The notes under the pieces: generated by a model
What the model saw: the letters and a program-made list of their open reading frames with translations, nothing else
Databases searched by the model: none
What the model was told of the DNA's origin: nothing
Translations under genes and position numbers: made by a program
NCBI RefSeq assembly: GCF_001194135.2
Contig: NC_068999.1
Span: forward strand, 39,927,466-39,979,421
Reading direction: 5' to 3'
DNA from: Octopus bimaculoides
Taxonomy: Eukaryota
DNA length: 51,956 nt
Shown here: positions 1 to 13,526 of the stretch, one piece after another
How the letters are laid out: every line of letters begins with the position of its first letter
Numbering within the stretch: the stretch's first letter is position 1

Positions 1-317
1 AAATTAAATCTAGCCATGGAGGAATGTCGTGGCGGACAAAAAACAAGACAGGAAAACAAACAGAAAAGGCTTTACGGCCAGACGAGAAAAATTATGTGTG
101 TATGAACGCGATGAGGCACGGAACCGAGAGAGACAAAGTGGTGGCGTGCGTTACTTGGCGAAAGCCAAGGAAGGAAATGATTATTGACCGGAAGCATGTG
201 ACCATGCCGGTGTAAAGGGAAGAGAGAGAGTGGTAGAGGGAGAAAGAGAGGGAGGAAGTAGAAGAATGGTGAGCAACGAGAGGAAAAAAGAAAGAGAGGA
301 AATACGAGGGGGAAAAA

Positions 318-397
318 GAGATACGTAGTAGTAACAGAGGAAGAACAAGAGGGGTAAGGCGAGATACGTAGTAGTACAGAGGAAGAACGAGGGGGGG
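318..397 (+). repeat. Local tandem duplication of a ~37 bp purine-rich unit
   Basis: gagatacgtagtagt(a)acagaggaagaac occurs at 318 and again at 361. Confidence 0.85.
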
Positions 398-1271
398 AAG
401 GAAAGAGAAAGAGAGAGAGAGAAAGAGATAGAGTAGCGTTGGAGGATAAGTTACGAAAACTACTTACAATTTTTGTGAGACGCTGCGTTCAATCATGTAA
501 AAACAAAAGTAAATATATATACAGCGTCTATTTATTTACTGTTTCTTCCTTAGCAAAGGTGCTTAAAAGACGTAGAGTCAGTGAATTCGTATTTCTGCTT
601 TGTTTGTTGGATGGTTAGTTGCAAGCAGTAAAGCATGTATCAGTAGTATGGATGTGTGTGTTTATATAACAGCCTGACTCTAGAAGATGCATACACGTGT
701 GTGACTCTGTAGATGCAAACGAACGCACTCATGAAATAGTCTTTAAGATTGGTCATTGCATTTGTAAATCCATTATTAAGAAACCACTACCCTATGAGTA
801 AAATTCAACAGTCTTTGAAAATTGTCATTTCAAATACAGAGTTTATACACAGTGTTATTGAATCAAACGTTCTATTTAAAGTGACCTAAAGGTAGAGAAT
901 GTATTAGTAAGGTCACATCGAAAACAGGAAGAGAGGAATAAAGAGTGAAACAATGGGTGCTGAGGAATAGAAGGAAAAAGGAAGACGAAAATAATAAAAT
1001 GAATAAAAAAAAGAAAGGAAAAAGGAATACAAAATAGAGATAAGTGGAAGTGTACCAGAATGGTCAGTGAATATAAGAAGGTAGGAACGGGAGGCTAAAG
1101 GTGAAAGAGAGAAAAGGGTATTAGAGTGTATAAAGATAGAAGGAATGGGTGGAGGGGTTATGGAGAGAGAGATATAAAGCTTTAAGGAGTGTCAATTGCA
1201 GTGATGGAGTCTACGTGACGGGGTAGAGAAAGGAATTTAGATGGTTGATTTTAGAAGGAATTTAGATGATA

Positions 1272-1336
<65 letters not shown>

Positions 1337-1530
1337 CTTATATGCGAGTAAAAATAAATAGGGGTTTTCTATGATTGTGTATAGAGGAATATATACATAT
1401 ACATATTTATATTTATACACACATATATATATATAACTATACCCGAATATAAAATTACTATCTACATATGTATTAATATATCTATTTATCTATTTATATC
1501 ATCTATATCTATCTCTATCTATCTATCTAC
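1272..1530. repeat. (TA)n and (ATCT)n microsatellite cluster
   Basis: Directly visible simple repeats. Confidence 0.9.
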
Positions 1531-2908
1531 CTTTCTATATTTATATATGTATGTGTGTGTCCATACACGTGTGTATGTGCGTATGTGTGTGTGTACGTAT
1601 GTTTATACGTGTGTATAGTTTTAAAGGATTTGGGGAGTGGGTTTGCGTATCCATGTACTCATGTGTACAGATTATATTCCTATTATTCTCGACTATTCCA
1701 TATCTACTTTGCCAATTTCAACATGCTTTGCTATCTGCTATTGCTATCAGCGGATTTTCATCATAAGTCATATATGAGTTCGTAACGGATTAATTTGTTG
1801 CAATTTAAACCTAATTATCTTATTGCCATTTACTACTTACTTGTACGAGAGAAGCAATATGTGTTTGCCATTCGTTTACGCTAATTATTTCTTGGCCAAT
1901 CTTTTAAACAAGATTATGTCATTGTGACATTCTGTAGCCGATTTAAACATTAAATTAACAAGTTTTTGGAAATATCTCTTTCAATTATTAATAGAATTTA
2001 TAAACCAAACCAAAACCATGGGGATCCTTCTTTTAATCTTTATTTTTATACGTCATTAAACAGCGAACATGTTGGGTTCAGACCAAGATTAACTCGATAA
2101 TTTACTACGTTTTAGATTTTAATTTAATTTTAATATAACCAAATTTAAATTTACTAGGTTATCTTATGTGTTCCACCAATTTTAGGAGTGAGTACACTAA
2201 TGAACAGCGTATTTCCAACAATTTGAGAGGAAACTAGCTCCTACTTTTAGCCTGATGAGCAAACACCTTAGCTGACGCTTATTCAGGGTGTCATCTGTTG
2301 TCGGCTGGAGAATTTTCTTTTTTTATATATTTTGGCTACATTGTGTTTTATCTGAAGCGATCATATACGTATGCCGATCCGTCGTAGATTCTGATTTCGG
2401 GCATATCTGTTACTATTTTGTGAATGTGAAGCAAACTATACACAAGATTATTTGAAGTGTTATTATGGAACGTTGAAAAGATACGTGTACTCTCACTATC
2501 TTGGATTCTTAGATGTCTTCATTTGTATTTCTTCAAGCCATTTTATATAATAGAAGCTAAGAAAAGGCGAATGATATTTAATAGATTAAGACGGATTTGC
2601 AATGAATAGAACTGAATGGCACATACAATGAACCAAATACAAATTAGGTGAATTGATTCTAATTCCAAGCCAACCCAAAGATGGGGGAATAATTATACTT
2701 ACACATCACCGCCCCAATACTTCTTTTCACATTTATCCTCTCGGCATTGCAAAAATTAAGAACATGCAAACACAATGTTTTCAAACCATTTGACTTGAAA
2801 CGAAATTGTTTTTATTATTGTCAAAAACAGTCATGCCATCACGGGTATATGCATATATGCATGTGGATACAGTCACCCACACTGTGCATATATACACGAG
2901 GGTGCATA

Positions 2909-2932
2909 CGCACACACATACTCACACACACA

Positions 2933-2962
<30 letters not shown>
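2909..2962. repeat. (CA)n microsatellite
   Basis: Directly visible. Confidence 0.95.
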
Positions 2963-2963
<1 letters not shown>

Positions 2964-2991
2964 CAGTATATGAATGACAGAAATTCATTTA

Positions 2992-3182
2992 CTAATAATG
3001 GTTTCATAGTTTGGTATAAGGCCAGCAATTTCAGTTGAGAGGTCAGTCGATTACATTGACCCCAGTGTTCCATTAGTACTTATTTGATCGATCCCAAAAG
3101 ATGAAATATAAATTCGTTTTCTGCGGAATTTGAACTCAGAATGTAATGTCGGACCTGATGCTGCTAAGTATTTTGCCCGGCC
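2992..3182 (-). mobile_element. Octopus-type tRNA-derived SINE, diverged copy
   Basis: gtcgattacattgaccccagtgttccattagtacttatttgatcgatccc...ggaatttgaactcagaatgtaa...gctaagtattttgcccggc resembles the reverse complement of a high-copy octopus SINE as I recall it. The minus strand has a B-box-like gagttcaaattcc, and related copies occur at 3191, 7715 and 46270. Confidence 0.75.
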
Positions 3183-3190
3183 AGGTAGAC

Positions 3191-3320
3191 AAAGGCGGTG
3201 AGCTGGCATAATCGCTACTTTTCATCCGTTTCCGAATCGATAAAATCAATATTCGTTGAACACTGGAATTGATCCAATCGATTTCGCCCTGACCCGAAAT
3301 TGGTGGACTTCTTCTAAAAC
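3191..3320 (+). mobile_element. Internally deleted copy of the same SINE family, opposite orientation
   Basis: The head aaggcggtgagctggcataatcg is joined to the body ttcatccgtttccgaatcgataaaat...aacactggaattgatccaatcga, which is an inverted homolog of 3044-3105. Confidence 0.65.
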
Positions 3321-3485
3321 ATTTTACCCGTATTGAATCCTGTACACATGTCCTGGAACGGAGTCCCATTGAAAGTTCACGGCACCTCACACCCGGAGCT
3401 TAACGGTATTGTACTTTACAAGTGTAACAATAGGCACTCATAATAATTTGGTTATTTGGTAATATGACAAAGCAGAATATAGTGC

Positions 3486-3489
<4 letters not shown>

Positions 3490-3545
<56 letters not shown>

Positions 3546-3765
3546 GGGTGTCTGTGTGTGTCTGTGTGTGCGTGAGTCTGTGTATGCACAAGGATATGTG
3601 TGTGTTTGTGTGTGTGCCTATATATATATATATATAGATAGATATATACATACATATATATGTATATATATATATATATATATACATATATGCATGTATA
3701 CGCATATGTATTTGTGTGTGTGTATGTATGTGTGTTTGTGTGTGTGTCTGCATGTGTGTGTGTGT
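3490..3765. repeat. (TA)n/(TG)n compound microsatellite
   Basis: Directly visible. Confidence 0.95.
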
Positions 3766-4654
3766 TCAAACATTATGCTTAATATATGATATATAGGTCC
3801 CTATAGGATAATTGGAGAGAAGCCGTTGCGCGATATTTAAAATTTGCATTTACTTCATGAATAATTAATATTTTCCCATAATATTTATATTGTAAATAGA
3901 TCTGTTTGTTTTAATTTCATAAACACTTGTATCTTTATCAATACCTACTTGTCTTGAGTAATGCTAACATAGTAAATTGAATCATTTATTTGGATAGACC
4001 TCTTACCTATCGATCCAGTTTGTCCCTGTAACAATGACGAGTATAGTATGGTTGTTAGATAAATATTTAGCAACAAAAAAAAAATTGTTTTAACTGCCAG
4101 ACAAGAAGTTTTCTACGTGTTTCTTGATGGGAAATCATATGTTGAAACATATTTTGTTGTATCTCGGGAGGTTCATTATGCCAACCAAAACACATACGGT
4201 TTTGTTCTATTTCACGTATATTAAGAGAGGTTAAATAGAATTAATGTATGTATTTGTTCGCCGCACAATGACACTCTGATTATAATAAGCAGTTCATGTT
4301 ACTTTGTTTGTATTCACTTTTCTTTTTGTGTTTTATCGTTTGTATTCGGAGATGTACTTAAGAGCAAGTGACCTGATCTGAGATCGTAGCAATGTTTATC
4401 CTGACCAAAATCCATGTGTGTATGAATATATGTCGTCAATTAAAAAAAAAACAATAAAAAGGACCAATTAAAAAACAGGGACAAAAAGAAAGAAACGAAG
4501 TTCAGGACGTCCAAAAGCAATATATTAATTTGATGTTCGGTGAAAGGAGAGTGTTGTCAATATTTCGAGCATTGCTCTTCGTCGGAAAGAGAAAAGTCCA
4601 AAGAGAAAGAAAAAAACAAAAGGAAAAATCACCAACAGTCCACATGCAGTTTAC

Positions 4655-4811
4655 ATACATGTATGTATGTATGTATGTATGTATGTATGTATGTATATAT
4701 GTATGTATGTATACACATATGTTTGTGATCAAATTGGTAAATAACCAGACATTACCGTCATTTAAAACACCCAAAATATTTTCTATTCATGTTTGTCGTA
4801 TACATGAATAT

Positions 4812-4858
<47 letters not shown>

Positions 4859-4990
4859 AACACATATTTATATACATATATGCACACACACACACACACA
4901 TATATACCTATGTATATTTTGCATGTGCATATATATATGTGTATGTATGTATGTTTATGAATCTCGCTCTCTCTCTCTCTTTCTCTCTTA
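4655..4990. repeat. (ATGT)n, (CA)n and (CT)n microsatellite cluster
   Basis: Directly visible. Confidence 0.9.
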
Positions 4991-5264
4991 ATATATGTGT
5001 AAATGTGTACTACTGTAATAGAGATACAATCAGCAGCTGTTAAGCATCAATATTGTTTAATAGCTGTCGATTTTGCGTCTGATATTTATTTTAATGGAAC
5101 CAATGCAATAACTTAGGAATAAAGTTATTCCGACAATATTTTTCTTTTCAAATATGAGTAAACTCTTATATGTTTTCACATCTGAACGACAATTTTCAAA
5201 GAAAATTAATAAAATAACGAAATATAGTAAACTGGATTATATTTTTCTATAGATGTGATTTCAC

Positions 5265-5425
5265 CATGGCTTGGTATACAAGTTAGCTTGATAACCAGGT
5301 GATTCCGGATTCAGTTCCTCTGCAAGGCATCTTGGCCAACGTAGTGGTCTACTATAGCTCTCGCCATCTAATTGCACGTGAGTGAATTAGGTAAACGGAA
5401 ACTGAGTGGAAGCCCTTCAATACAC
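5265..5425 (+). mobile_element. 5' portion of a second octopus-type SINE family, diverged
   Basis: gattccggattcagttcctctgcaaggcatcttggcc...ctactatagc...gtgagtgaattaggtaaacggaaactgagtggaagccc followed by a (TG)n tract matches the recalled family architecture of head, microsatellite, tail. Confidence 0.65.
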
Positions 5426-6827
5426 ATGTATATCTATGTGTGTGTGTGTGTGTATGTGTTTATTTTTGTGTGTCTGTATGCATATATGAAAATTGTCACA
5501 ACGCCAAATAATACGCTATTCGTGTTGAGAAGTCCTCACACGTAATGCATGATGTTGAGAGTACAAACATTCCTAGTAGCAGACGAGAATCTGTCGTAGG
5601 CGCCGCAACTACGAGACCACATGATTTCTATGTACTGCGATTTTCCAGTGGTAGGCGTCCGGTCAACAGATAGCAGGTACATTCATCGCATAATTACCGA
5701 ATATATTCACCGCATACTCGCCAAATACGCCAACCATGCAAGGCAATTTTCATCCTTTAAGATATATGCCTGAGCTCTTAGCAGTGTACGGCTTTATGAT
5801 AGGAAAACGCAAGGTGTATGCCACAGTATTCGGCGTTCTGGCAATGCGCCCACATTAAGCTGTATATAAGGATCATCTTTCGGGATTAATATTGCTTTCC
5901 TCGCTAATGTATGTATGTACGTATAATATATCTATTTCAGTACACGTGCGTCTGGGGTAATGCGCGGCCCATTAGGCAAGTTTTATCCACTACAGCACTG
6001 GGTCAACCATTGCTATATATGGTTATGTATGTGAGTTTAAAAGTCATGGCGCTTGTCCCTATCTTGTGGCAGTGTGTTTACGTCCGTGAAACATTGTGTT
6101 TTGTCAAAAGAAGCCTAGCAGTCTACTTAAGATGACGCCAAATAACGAAATCCATTTGTTTGAATTAATTTTCTGATGAATTGTCTTAACATAGTCGCAG
6201 TCTACTGGCTTAGATAACCAAAAGAAAAAAAGAACATAGAATGGCAGAGAAAACAGCTTACGTATATGATAGTGAATTGTGATTTTCTCAGAAGACGACT
6301 TAAGCATTTCCTGAATAAGACTAAGTCTACTTCGAAACGGTTTAATGTTTTAGGTTCAAGGTTAATTAGAACTGGCCAGATACAACTTGAAATGTAAAGA
6401 GAGTTTAACAAACTATAATTCTCCATCTTGTTCATGTTCCTACTAATTCTTATATCAACTGGTCTGTGTCTCATAGAACCAAAAATGTATTGAAAAACAA
6501 GAAAGCAAACAAAAACCAACTATACGTTTAATGTTCATTTATAATTACAAGTTTGATTAAGTCTGATATATCGTTTAATAATTTGTTTAAATTACTTTCT
6601 ATTGAGTAGCACATATTCTCCTGGTAGTTTCCGTAGTATTTCATGATTAGAGAACCAGTAAAAGGAGGCAAACAGTAAATTGGTGAGATTGATCCCCGCC
6701 CACGCGCTGATATTGTAATATTGTAATATTAATTGCTTCTATACTTAACCACTTAATTAATGACTAAGCAATAATGGATCGCAAAACACGAATTCACACG
6801 TATGTACAGTCACAAGTAACTCCCAAT

Positions 6828-7062
<235 letters not shown>

Positions 7063-7249
7063 AAAACGGGTGTCAATGTATATGTATATATTGAATGGGA
7101 CTTCGCAATGTATTGGTGTAGGCACGTAAGAATATGTATCTATAATGTTTATTCTTATATATTTCTGTATGCGTTTGCGTTTGTGTGCGTGCGTGCGTGA
7201 GTGTGTATTTCATTTTAAGATGGAGGGGTATTCGGCTTCCAGTGTCCCA

Positions 7250-7340
7250 GTGCTCTCCCAGTTGAATGTTAATTTCACAAGCAGGCTGTTTCGTTGAAAG
7301 AATCAGCTGGAGCCCTCGTCATCGTAACTGATGGAGTGTT
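7250..7340 (+). mobile_element. 3' fragment of an octopus-type SINE
   Basis: gttaatttcacaagcaggctgtttcgttgaaagaatcagctggagccctcgtcatcgtaactgatggagtg resembles a recalled octopus SINE 3' end. Confidence 0.6.
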
Positions 7341-7349
7341 TGTTATGCG

Positions 7350-7393
<44 letters not shown>

Positions 7394-7714
7394 TGTGTGT
7401 GTGTGTGTTACGCGCGTGTTTGTAGTTTTGTAAAACAAGTAAATTGTAGGATTTATTAAAACATTTTCAATGCCTGTCCGGTTCGTGGCACCCTCACTAT
7501 TTTAACCGTAATATGACAACCCAATCACACTTAACACCATATTTTTTTAAAGCTATTCATAGATAATCTCAAGGAAGTTTTATTTACTTGGCATTCGTTT
7601 TATAATTAATCGTATCTATTGTTTCAATGGACAATACTTATTGTTTTAATTAACAGTTACATTGATATTGCAGAGGACCAGAAATTCCGAGTCAGAGGTA
7701 AATGAACCTAATAT

Positions 7715-7858
7715 ATGGTTGGCATATTATTCTATTAACAGTGAGATGATGGATATCAAAGAATACCTGGCCAGTATTTGAGAAGAGAACGTAAAGAACC
7801 GGAATGAATGGTGCCAAGCATTTCATCCGACCTTCTAGCATTTCTGCTAGCTCTGATG
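7715..7858 (-). mobile_element. Diverged SINE copy, same family as 2992-3182
   Basis: agaacgtaaagaacc...gccaagcatttcatccgacc...gcatttctgctagctc is colinear with 3140-3182 and extends into the family head. Confidence 0.6.
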
Positions 7859-10195
7859 CTTATTAATCTTGCTATATGTTAATCTATGTGTACGTGTTGG
7901 ATGAGGAAACCAGCAGGCAAGCTTAGCAAAATAACCGCTGTTGTTCTTTCTATTGTGTCACTAATGCTAAGATCTTAATAGGAAAACGAAGAAAACGAAC
8001 TTAATTTTGCATAAATAATTACTTCGTTCATATCACCATAGAAATGCATTAGTTAATATTAAATATTAATATTATAATATTTGACGCAATCTTACTGTGG
8101 TTTCTCAATTTTCTATAAACAACAGTTTATTCTCCAGCAAAGCATTTTGTTTTCAAATGTAAAAAAGTATATTGATCAATGAAATCGCACATATCTCATT
8201 AGTCGTGATGATCACGGTTGGAACTGGCATACAATTTCAAACGTGTTATTGTCTAAATATGGGAGGATTTTTTAAATTTTTTTTTATGCAGGATCAAGTT
8301 ATACCATGAATAGTAGCCGAACGTTCACCTTAAAGTTACTGTCTATCAAAATGAAAGAATATATTGCATGATAAAATGGAAGCTACTCTGTCTGAGAATA
8401 AATGAAAAAAAGTTCTTTGCAGTAGAAATATTTTTGTTGAAAAGACTTCTCAAAGAGAAAATGCCTTTAAGGTATTTCCCACAGCGCAACCATTTGTGCG
8501 TGTGTTCTTTCTCAAATAACGAAGAAATAATTATATTCCAATGGGGATACAACGTAGGGAACAAAAACAATGAACGTTGCTTGAGGAATGAGTAAATTGT
8601 ATTTGGCCCAGCCTAGCCGCAGTGAGAAATTATGACGTCATAGATCGATTCTCTCATGTAATGTAGAAATAGTAACACCAGCAGCATCCTCATCAATATA
8701 TGCAGCATTTTTATTATAGGTATGTTGAAGGTTAACTTTATACGACTGAACTATGATCAAAGGCGTTCCAGCTATGACTTTCATTAGAGTATTTTACAAG
8801 CCTGTAGCACTGTATTAAATAATATACCATCTTGTGTAAGATGGTAGTGGGTAATTTTAGAGATGTAACATCGGAGTTTAGCAAGTTGATTCGCCCGTTC
8901 TGCAGTGTAATAATGAACAATGAATAATGAACAATTTGCTTGCGATAGTCTCTTTATTAAGACACATAAGTTTTTGACGATGAATTAAGATATTACTTTT
9001 AATTTTTGCGCATCTCTACGGCGGAAGAGCGAAAGTATATAATATAAACATTTGTCATATATTACGTGCTTATCAGAACTGAACACACACCCAAGTATTA
9101 CGCGTACACACATGCGCGCTTAAATGTGTGTGAGAGGTATGTGTGCATACATACATACTTATATATATATATATATATATATACCAAATAACTAATGAAG
9201 AGGGAACAAGGAAACCTGTATGTGACTGCTGAACGTACGTGCATAGAAATCCATCACATTTAATCTACAGTCTTGGAAAACAATGCGCTTAGTAGCGTAG
9301 TAAAATATACAAATTTCTTGCTTTGAACAATCGGCGCTGATCTATACACCACATTAAATGAATAAATAAATAAATAAATAAAACAATACCTAGTAACAAA
9401 ATTTTTCTATAAAACAATATTGTGGGTTTAATCAATATTTATTGAATCCTATATCAATATATTAAAACAGTCAGCCAAAGAAAACTTTGATATTCACTAC
9501 AACGCATCTCCCCCCACCTGGTTGTTATTCCTGCTAAAATCTCCCAAGAGGTTATATAATCATAATTGCTTTACTGTAATGGTAGAATAATATGATTGTT
9601 GAAAATATATTCATGTGGAGTGTTTTCTTTTCTATTTTTTTTTTATTTTCTAGAATATAAAACAATAAATTTGTATGGTCATATACTTGATAAAATGTAA
9701 TCTATGAACGGCCTGACTGGGTCATATAGGAGTGGGTATATGTTAAGCTAAATATAATGGGACTAGGTAAGGAAGAATTAGGGATATCCTGATTGCAAAA
9801 TGTGAACCTTTCTTCATAAGAAAGTATAAAACTACTAAACTGTGTTGGAACATCTTAGTAGATCATGTATATCCTTTACACTTTAGCGAATACAAATTGT
9901 GTTAGATGTTGCACAATACGAATGATTTAATATATATACGTGTATGTGTGCGTATACGTATGCATGCGATACTTATATTGATGTGTGTGTTGTTCGTGGC
10001 ACACACGGCTATTACCCAGCGTGTCATAAGCACGAATGGTCGAGTTACATCGATCAGCGGAAATCAGATTAGTCACGGACTTTCGTGCCAACAACACTCT
10101 GCATGTCGTGGGAAGTCACCAAACTGACAAAATGCAATTACAAACTATAGAGAATATGTTGGGTGTCCTTAGATCTATACGTTTCTTGCATAAAC

Positions 10196-10205
10196 TCTCT
10201 TTCTT

Positions 10206-10258
<53 letters not shown>

Positions 10259-10270
10259 CACACACACAAT
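10196..10270. repeat. (CT)n then (CA)n microsatellite
   Basis: Directly visible. Confidence 0.95.
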
Positions 10271-11043
10271 CACACACTAACGCAAGGACATATATAAACA
10301 CACAGATATACGTGGCGGAATATGTGCATGTATGTGCTTGTGTATGTTTATTTATATATATATATGTGTGTGTCTATCCATTTATGTATGCCTGAACAGG
10401 TGTGAGTTTTTATCTGTATAGTACCTACGTGTAAACATAGATGCATCCAAAAGCATGCACATATACACACACATACAAACACGAACACATAAATGCATAT
10501 AGACACACGTGTCTATATACATTATTACACGTTCAATGACATATATAAGCAGTCTCATGTATTCATACACACATACATACATACATATATAAACGTACAC
10601 TTGTACGCATATAAAATTCAGTTATCTACAACCAAAACAAACAAACATAATGCATATTTTTTCTATTTCCATAGGATTTACAGTTCACTAGTTTATATTT
10701 TTATGTACATTTTATCTGTTCTGCTTTTTTTTTTACTTTCTGTTCTGTAACTAGATGAAAATTACGACAATATGCCCCGAGAGTGTCCGCTGAAACTTCT
10801 AAATACAAGGGTATTTTATTATTATATATTATCTCTATACTTTATTATTTGTGTCGACAATGACATGCCTCATTTACTGGAAATGATTGAAATATCTTTC
10901 ACGATATCACAATCTGTGAATAATGTTATACGAAGCATACCGCTCATTAATGGTATTTTAGTCACATGCATAGGTGATGTTTATATATGCTCACCGCAAA
11001 TAGTCGCATAATCTCTGGCTGCTGAGGTGACAATAATAAAATT

Positions 11044-11141
11044 AATAATAACAACAACAATAATAATGATAACAAGAACGACGACGATGGTGGTGGTGGT
11101 GGTGGTGGTGGTGGTGTTGGTGTTGGTGGAGGTGATGATGG

Positions 11142-11196
<55 letters not shown>

Positions 11197-11198
11197 AA
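11044..11198. repeat. Compound trinucleotide microsatellite (AAT/AAC)(GAC)(GGT)n(GAT)n
   Basis: Directly visible; it accounts for the poly-His, poly-Ser and poly-Met ORFs in the track. Confidence 0.95.
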
Positions 11199-11553
11199 CA
11201 CATCGAAGCCATTAACACCCTGGCACTTCCAGTATTCCAATACAGAGCTGTCAATTGTTATCTTTATCGATAAGAACCATATTCTTTCATATAAGTGGCA
11301 AAATTCTTGAAAAATTTGGTGGTTGTCTGTACTGTAAGACAACTTTAAATCTGAAAATTCGTGTAAAGTCGTTTTCTTCCACTGTCCTTTGCACAAAATA
11401 AAACTTTCCTGGTGTGTTCCTCTTAAAATTGTTTTTTTTTATATGTTTTGTTAACTAATTCTGCACTGACTATCTTCACTAATGAAGATAAAAACTATTT
11501 TTTTCATATAACTTAAAATGTCATGAAGATAAGTGAACCCAAGGTAATGAGAT

Positions 11554-11600
11554 CCAGGTTTCGATTCCTGGATTGAGAGACGTGTTATGTTCTTGAGAAT
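11554..11600 (+). mobile_element. Fragment of a tRNA-derived SINE head (B box/T-arm)
   Basis: ccaggtttcgattcctgg forms a T-arm-like stem-loop. It is followed by gtgttatgttcttgag, similar to the reverse complement of 31432-31450. Confidence 0.5.
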
Positions 11601-12689
11601 ATAACTCGCCCCACCTGACACAGTGTTGAAGTGCCCTTTCTTCATATCCTTTTCACCTGCTGATTATTTTGTTTTGTCATGTGATCCAAGATCTAATGTG
11701 TGTTTATGCCATTTTACCTCACGTAGACACCTAAAATATTACTGAAATATTAATATTAATATTAATGTCACCTACCAGGTAAACCTCGTTTGCTAGTGAC
11801 GGCTAATTGATATACGGCACCTAAATAGTTTATATTATTTTGAATTGTTTTGCATCCTCGTTTTATAATGCTTCGGATAATTATCTCATTAGTCATGGCG
11901 AGCAAAATCTGCATTTCATTTGATTAAGGTAAAAGAGCTAAAGCAATAAAATTACAGCTTAGAAGACGCATATTACCCATTCAAATGTATGGAGTTATAT
12001 AATTGCTAAGTATTTCGTGAAATCTTTCTATAAATACACCATGTTATTTTCTATATCATCACCGCATTTCACGTAATTATGTATTGTGTGCGTCCGAAAT
12101 TCTTTACATAATTCCTTTACAGCTTTATTTAAATAATGAAAGAAATTCATAATAGAAACCTACTGTTTCTGTAAGCATGGCATGTAAAGAACATATACAA
12201 AGATATCAACCAAAATTACAAATCCGAATAATTCATTGAAACCAGTATCCACGGCGAAAAAACTTGTTTAAAAAGAAGCTTTTGTGTCCCTAAAGATAAT
12301 GATATCACGCGAAGTTATTACTCAAATTCGGTTTCCATTATTAAGTTATCGAAAATTTTATAGCGTAACATTCGTTATATTTAATGACGGCCAGACAAAA
12401 ACATTTTATTGTAAGATTTCCAAATAAAATATTTAATAACTTGGCCAGCGTTAGTTGTAATATAAACACTTGGTTTCTTAATAAATATTTCTCAGTTATT
12501 TTTTCTTTCAATTAGCATCTTAAAGGTAAAACTCAGTACAAATTTTCAACATATCTATATATTAGACGATTAAGTAAACTCCGGCAGTTAGGTTTATACA
12601 CATTAGTATTTGAAAATCTATTCGGAAAATTTGCTTGGCAGAACGGTAAATACACGTGTGTGTGTCTGTGTGTGTGTGTTTGTGTGTGT

Positions 12690-12868
12690 GTGTTTTGTCC
12701 TAACATAGCTCGACTACCGATGCAGGTAACTTAGTGGTTCGGCAACTAGAGTCCGATAGAATACGTACTATGCTTACAAAGAGGAAATTCTGGGGTGAAT
12801 TTGTTCGACTGAAGGTGGTGCTCCAGCATGACCGTAGTCAAATGACCGAAACAAAGAGAAGAATAAAT
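12690..12868 (+). mobile_element. SINE 3' half (tail shared with 20148 and 44107 copies)
   Basis: aacttagtggttcggc...gaatacgtactatgcttacaaag...ttgttcgactgaaggtggtgctccagcatgaccgtagtcaaatgaccgaaacaa is nearly colinear with 44107-44250. Confidence 0.85.
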
Positions 12869-12953
12869 GAATATACGTATATAACTATATATATNNNNNN
12901 NNNNNNNNNNNNNNNNNNNNNNNNNNNNNNNNNNNNNNNNNNNNNNNNNNNNN

Positions 12954-12988
<35 letters not shown>

Positions 12989-13458
12989 TGTGTGTATCAG
13001 GGTATGTTTGTGCTTCTGTGTGTGTGAGAGAGAGTGCATGTATGTATGTGTGTGCGTGTGTGTGTGTGTACGAGCGTATATGTCTTCACCCGTAACGGAT
13101 TCACGTTGTGATACATGTACGTGGAAACGTGATGACCTTTCAGAAGTACAGCAGAGATAATGGTGGAACCTCCCGTCAGCTTTAGCCAAGTGTTCGGCTC
13201 TTGCCGAATTACCTGCACAAATATATTTCAATATATTGGTCAAATTTATGTTCCGTACGTTATCTCAATCTTTGTCCGTAAGACTGACGTTGCCTGAACA
13301 TGTGGACAAATGTACTACACGTCAGGTGTCGAAGTGATCGCAGAACATGAGAAATGTTTTGCTAAAGAACACAATGAAAAACCCACTCCATGAATTGAAA
13401 CCACTATCTTGCGAGCGTGAGTGCAATGCTTGCCCAATTACACCATGTGTTCTGATAT

Positions 13459-13464
13459 TAATAA

Positions 13465-13526
<62 letters not shown>
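13459..13526. repeat. (AAT)n microsatellite
   Basis: Directly visible. Confidence 0.95.

Noticed and set aside
70-215. Possible RTE-LINE C-terminal remnant (GQTRK…KWWRA)
   Set aside because: The spacing does not fit the recalled GRPRKTW…W motif and there are two stops; too weak.
12990-13243. Minus-strand ORFs (NSARAEHLAKADGRF… / VIRQEPNTWLKLTGG…) as an exon
   Set aside because: Two frames are equally open, the donors are weak, there is no recognisable homology and the frames run into microsatellite.
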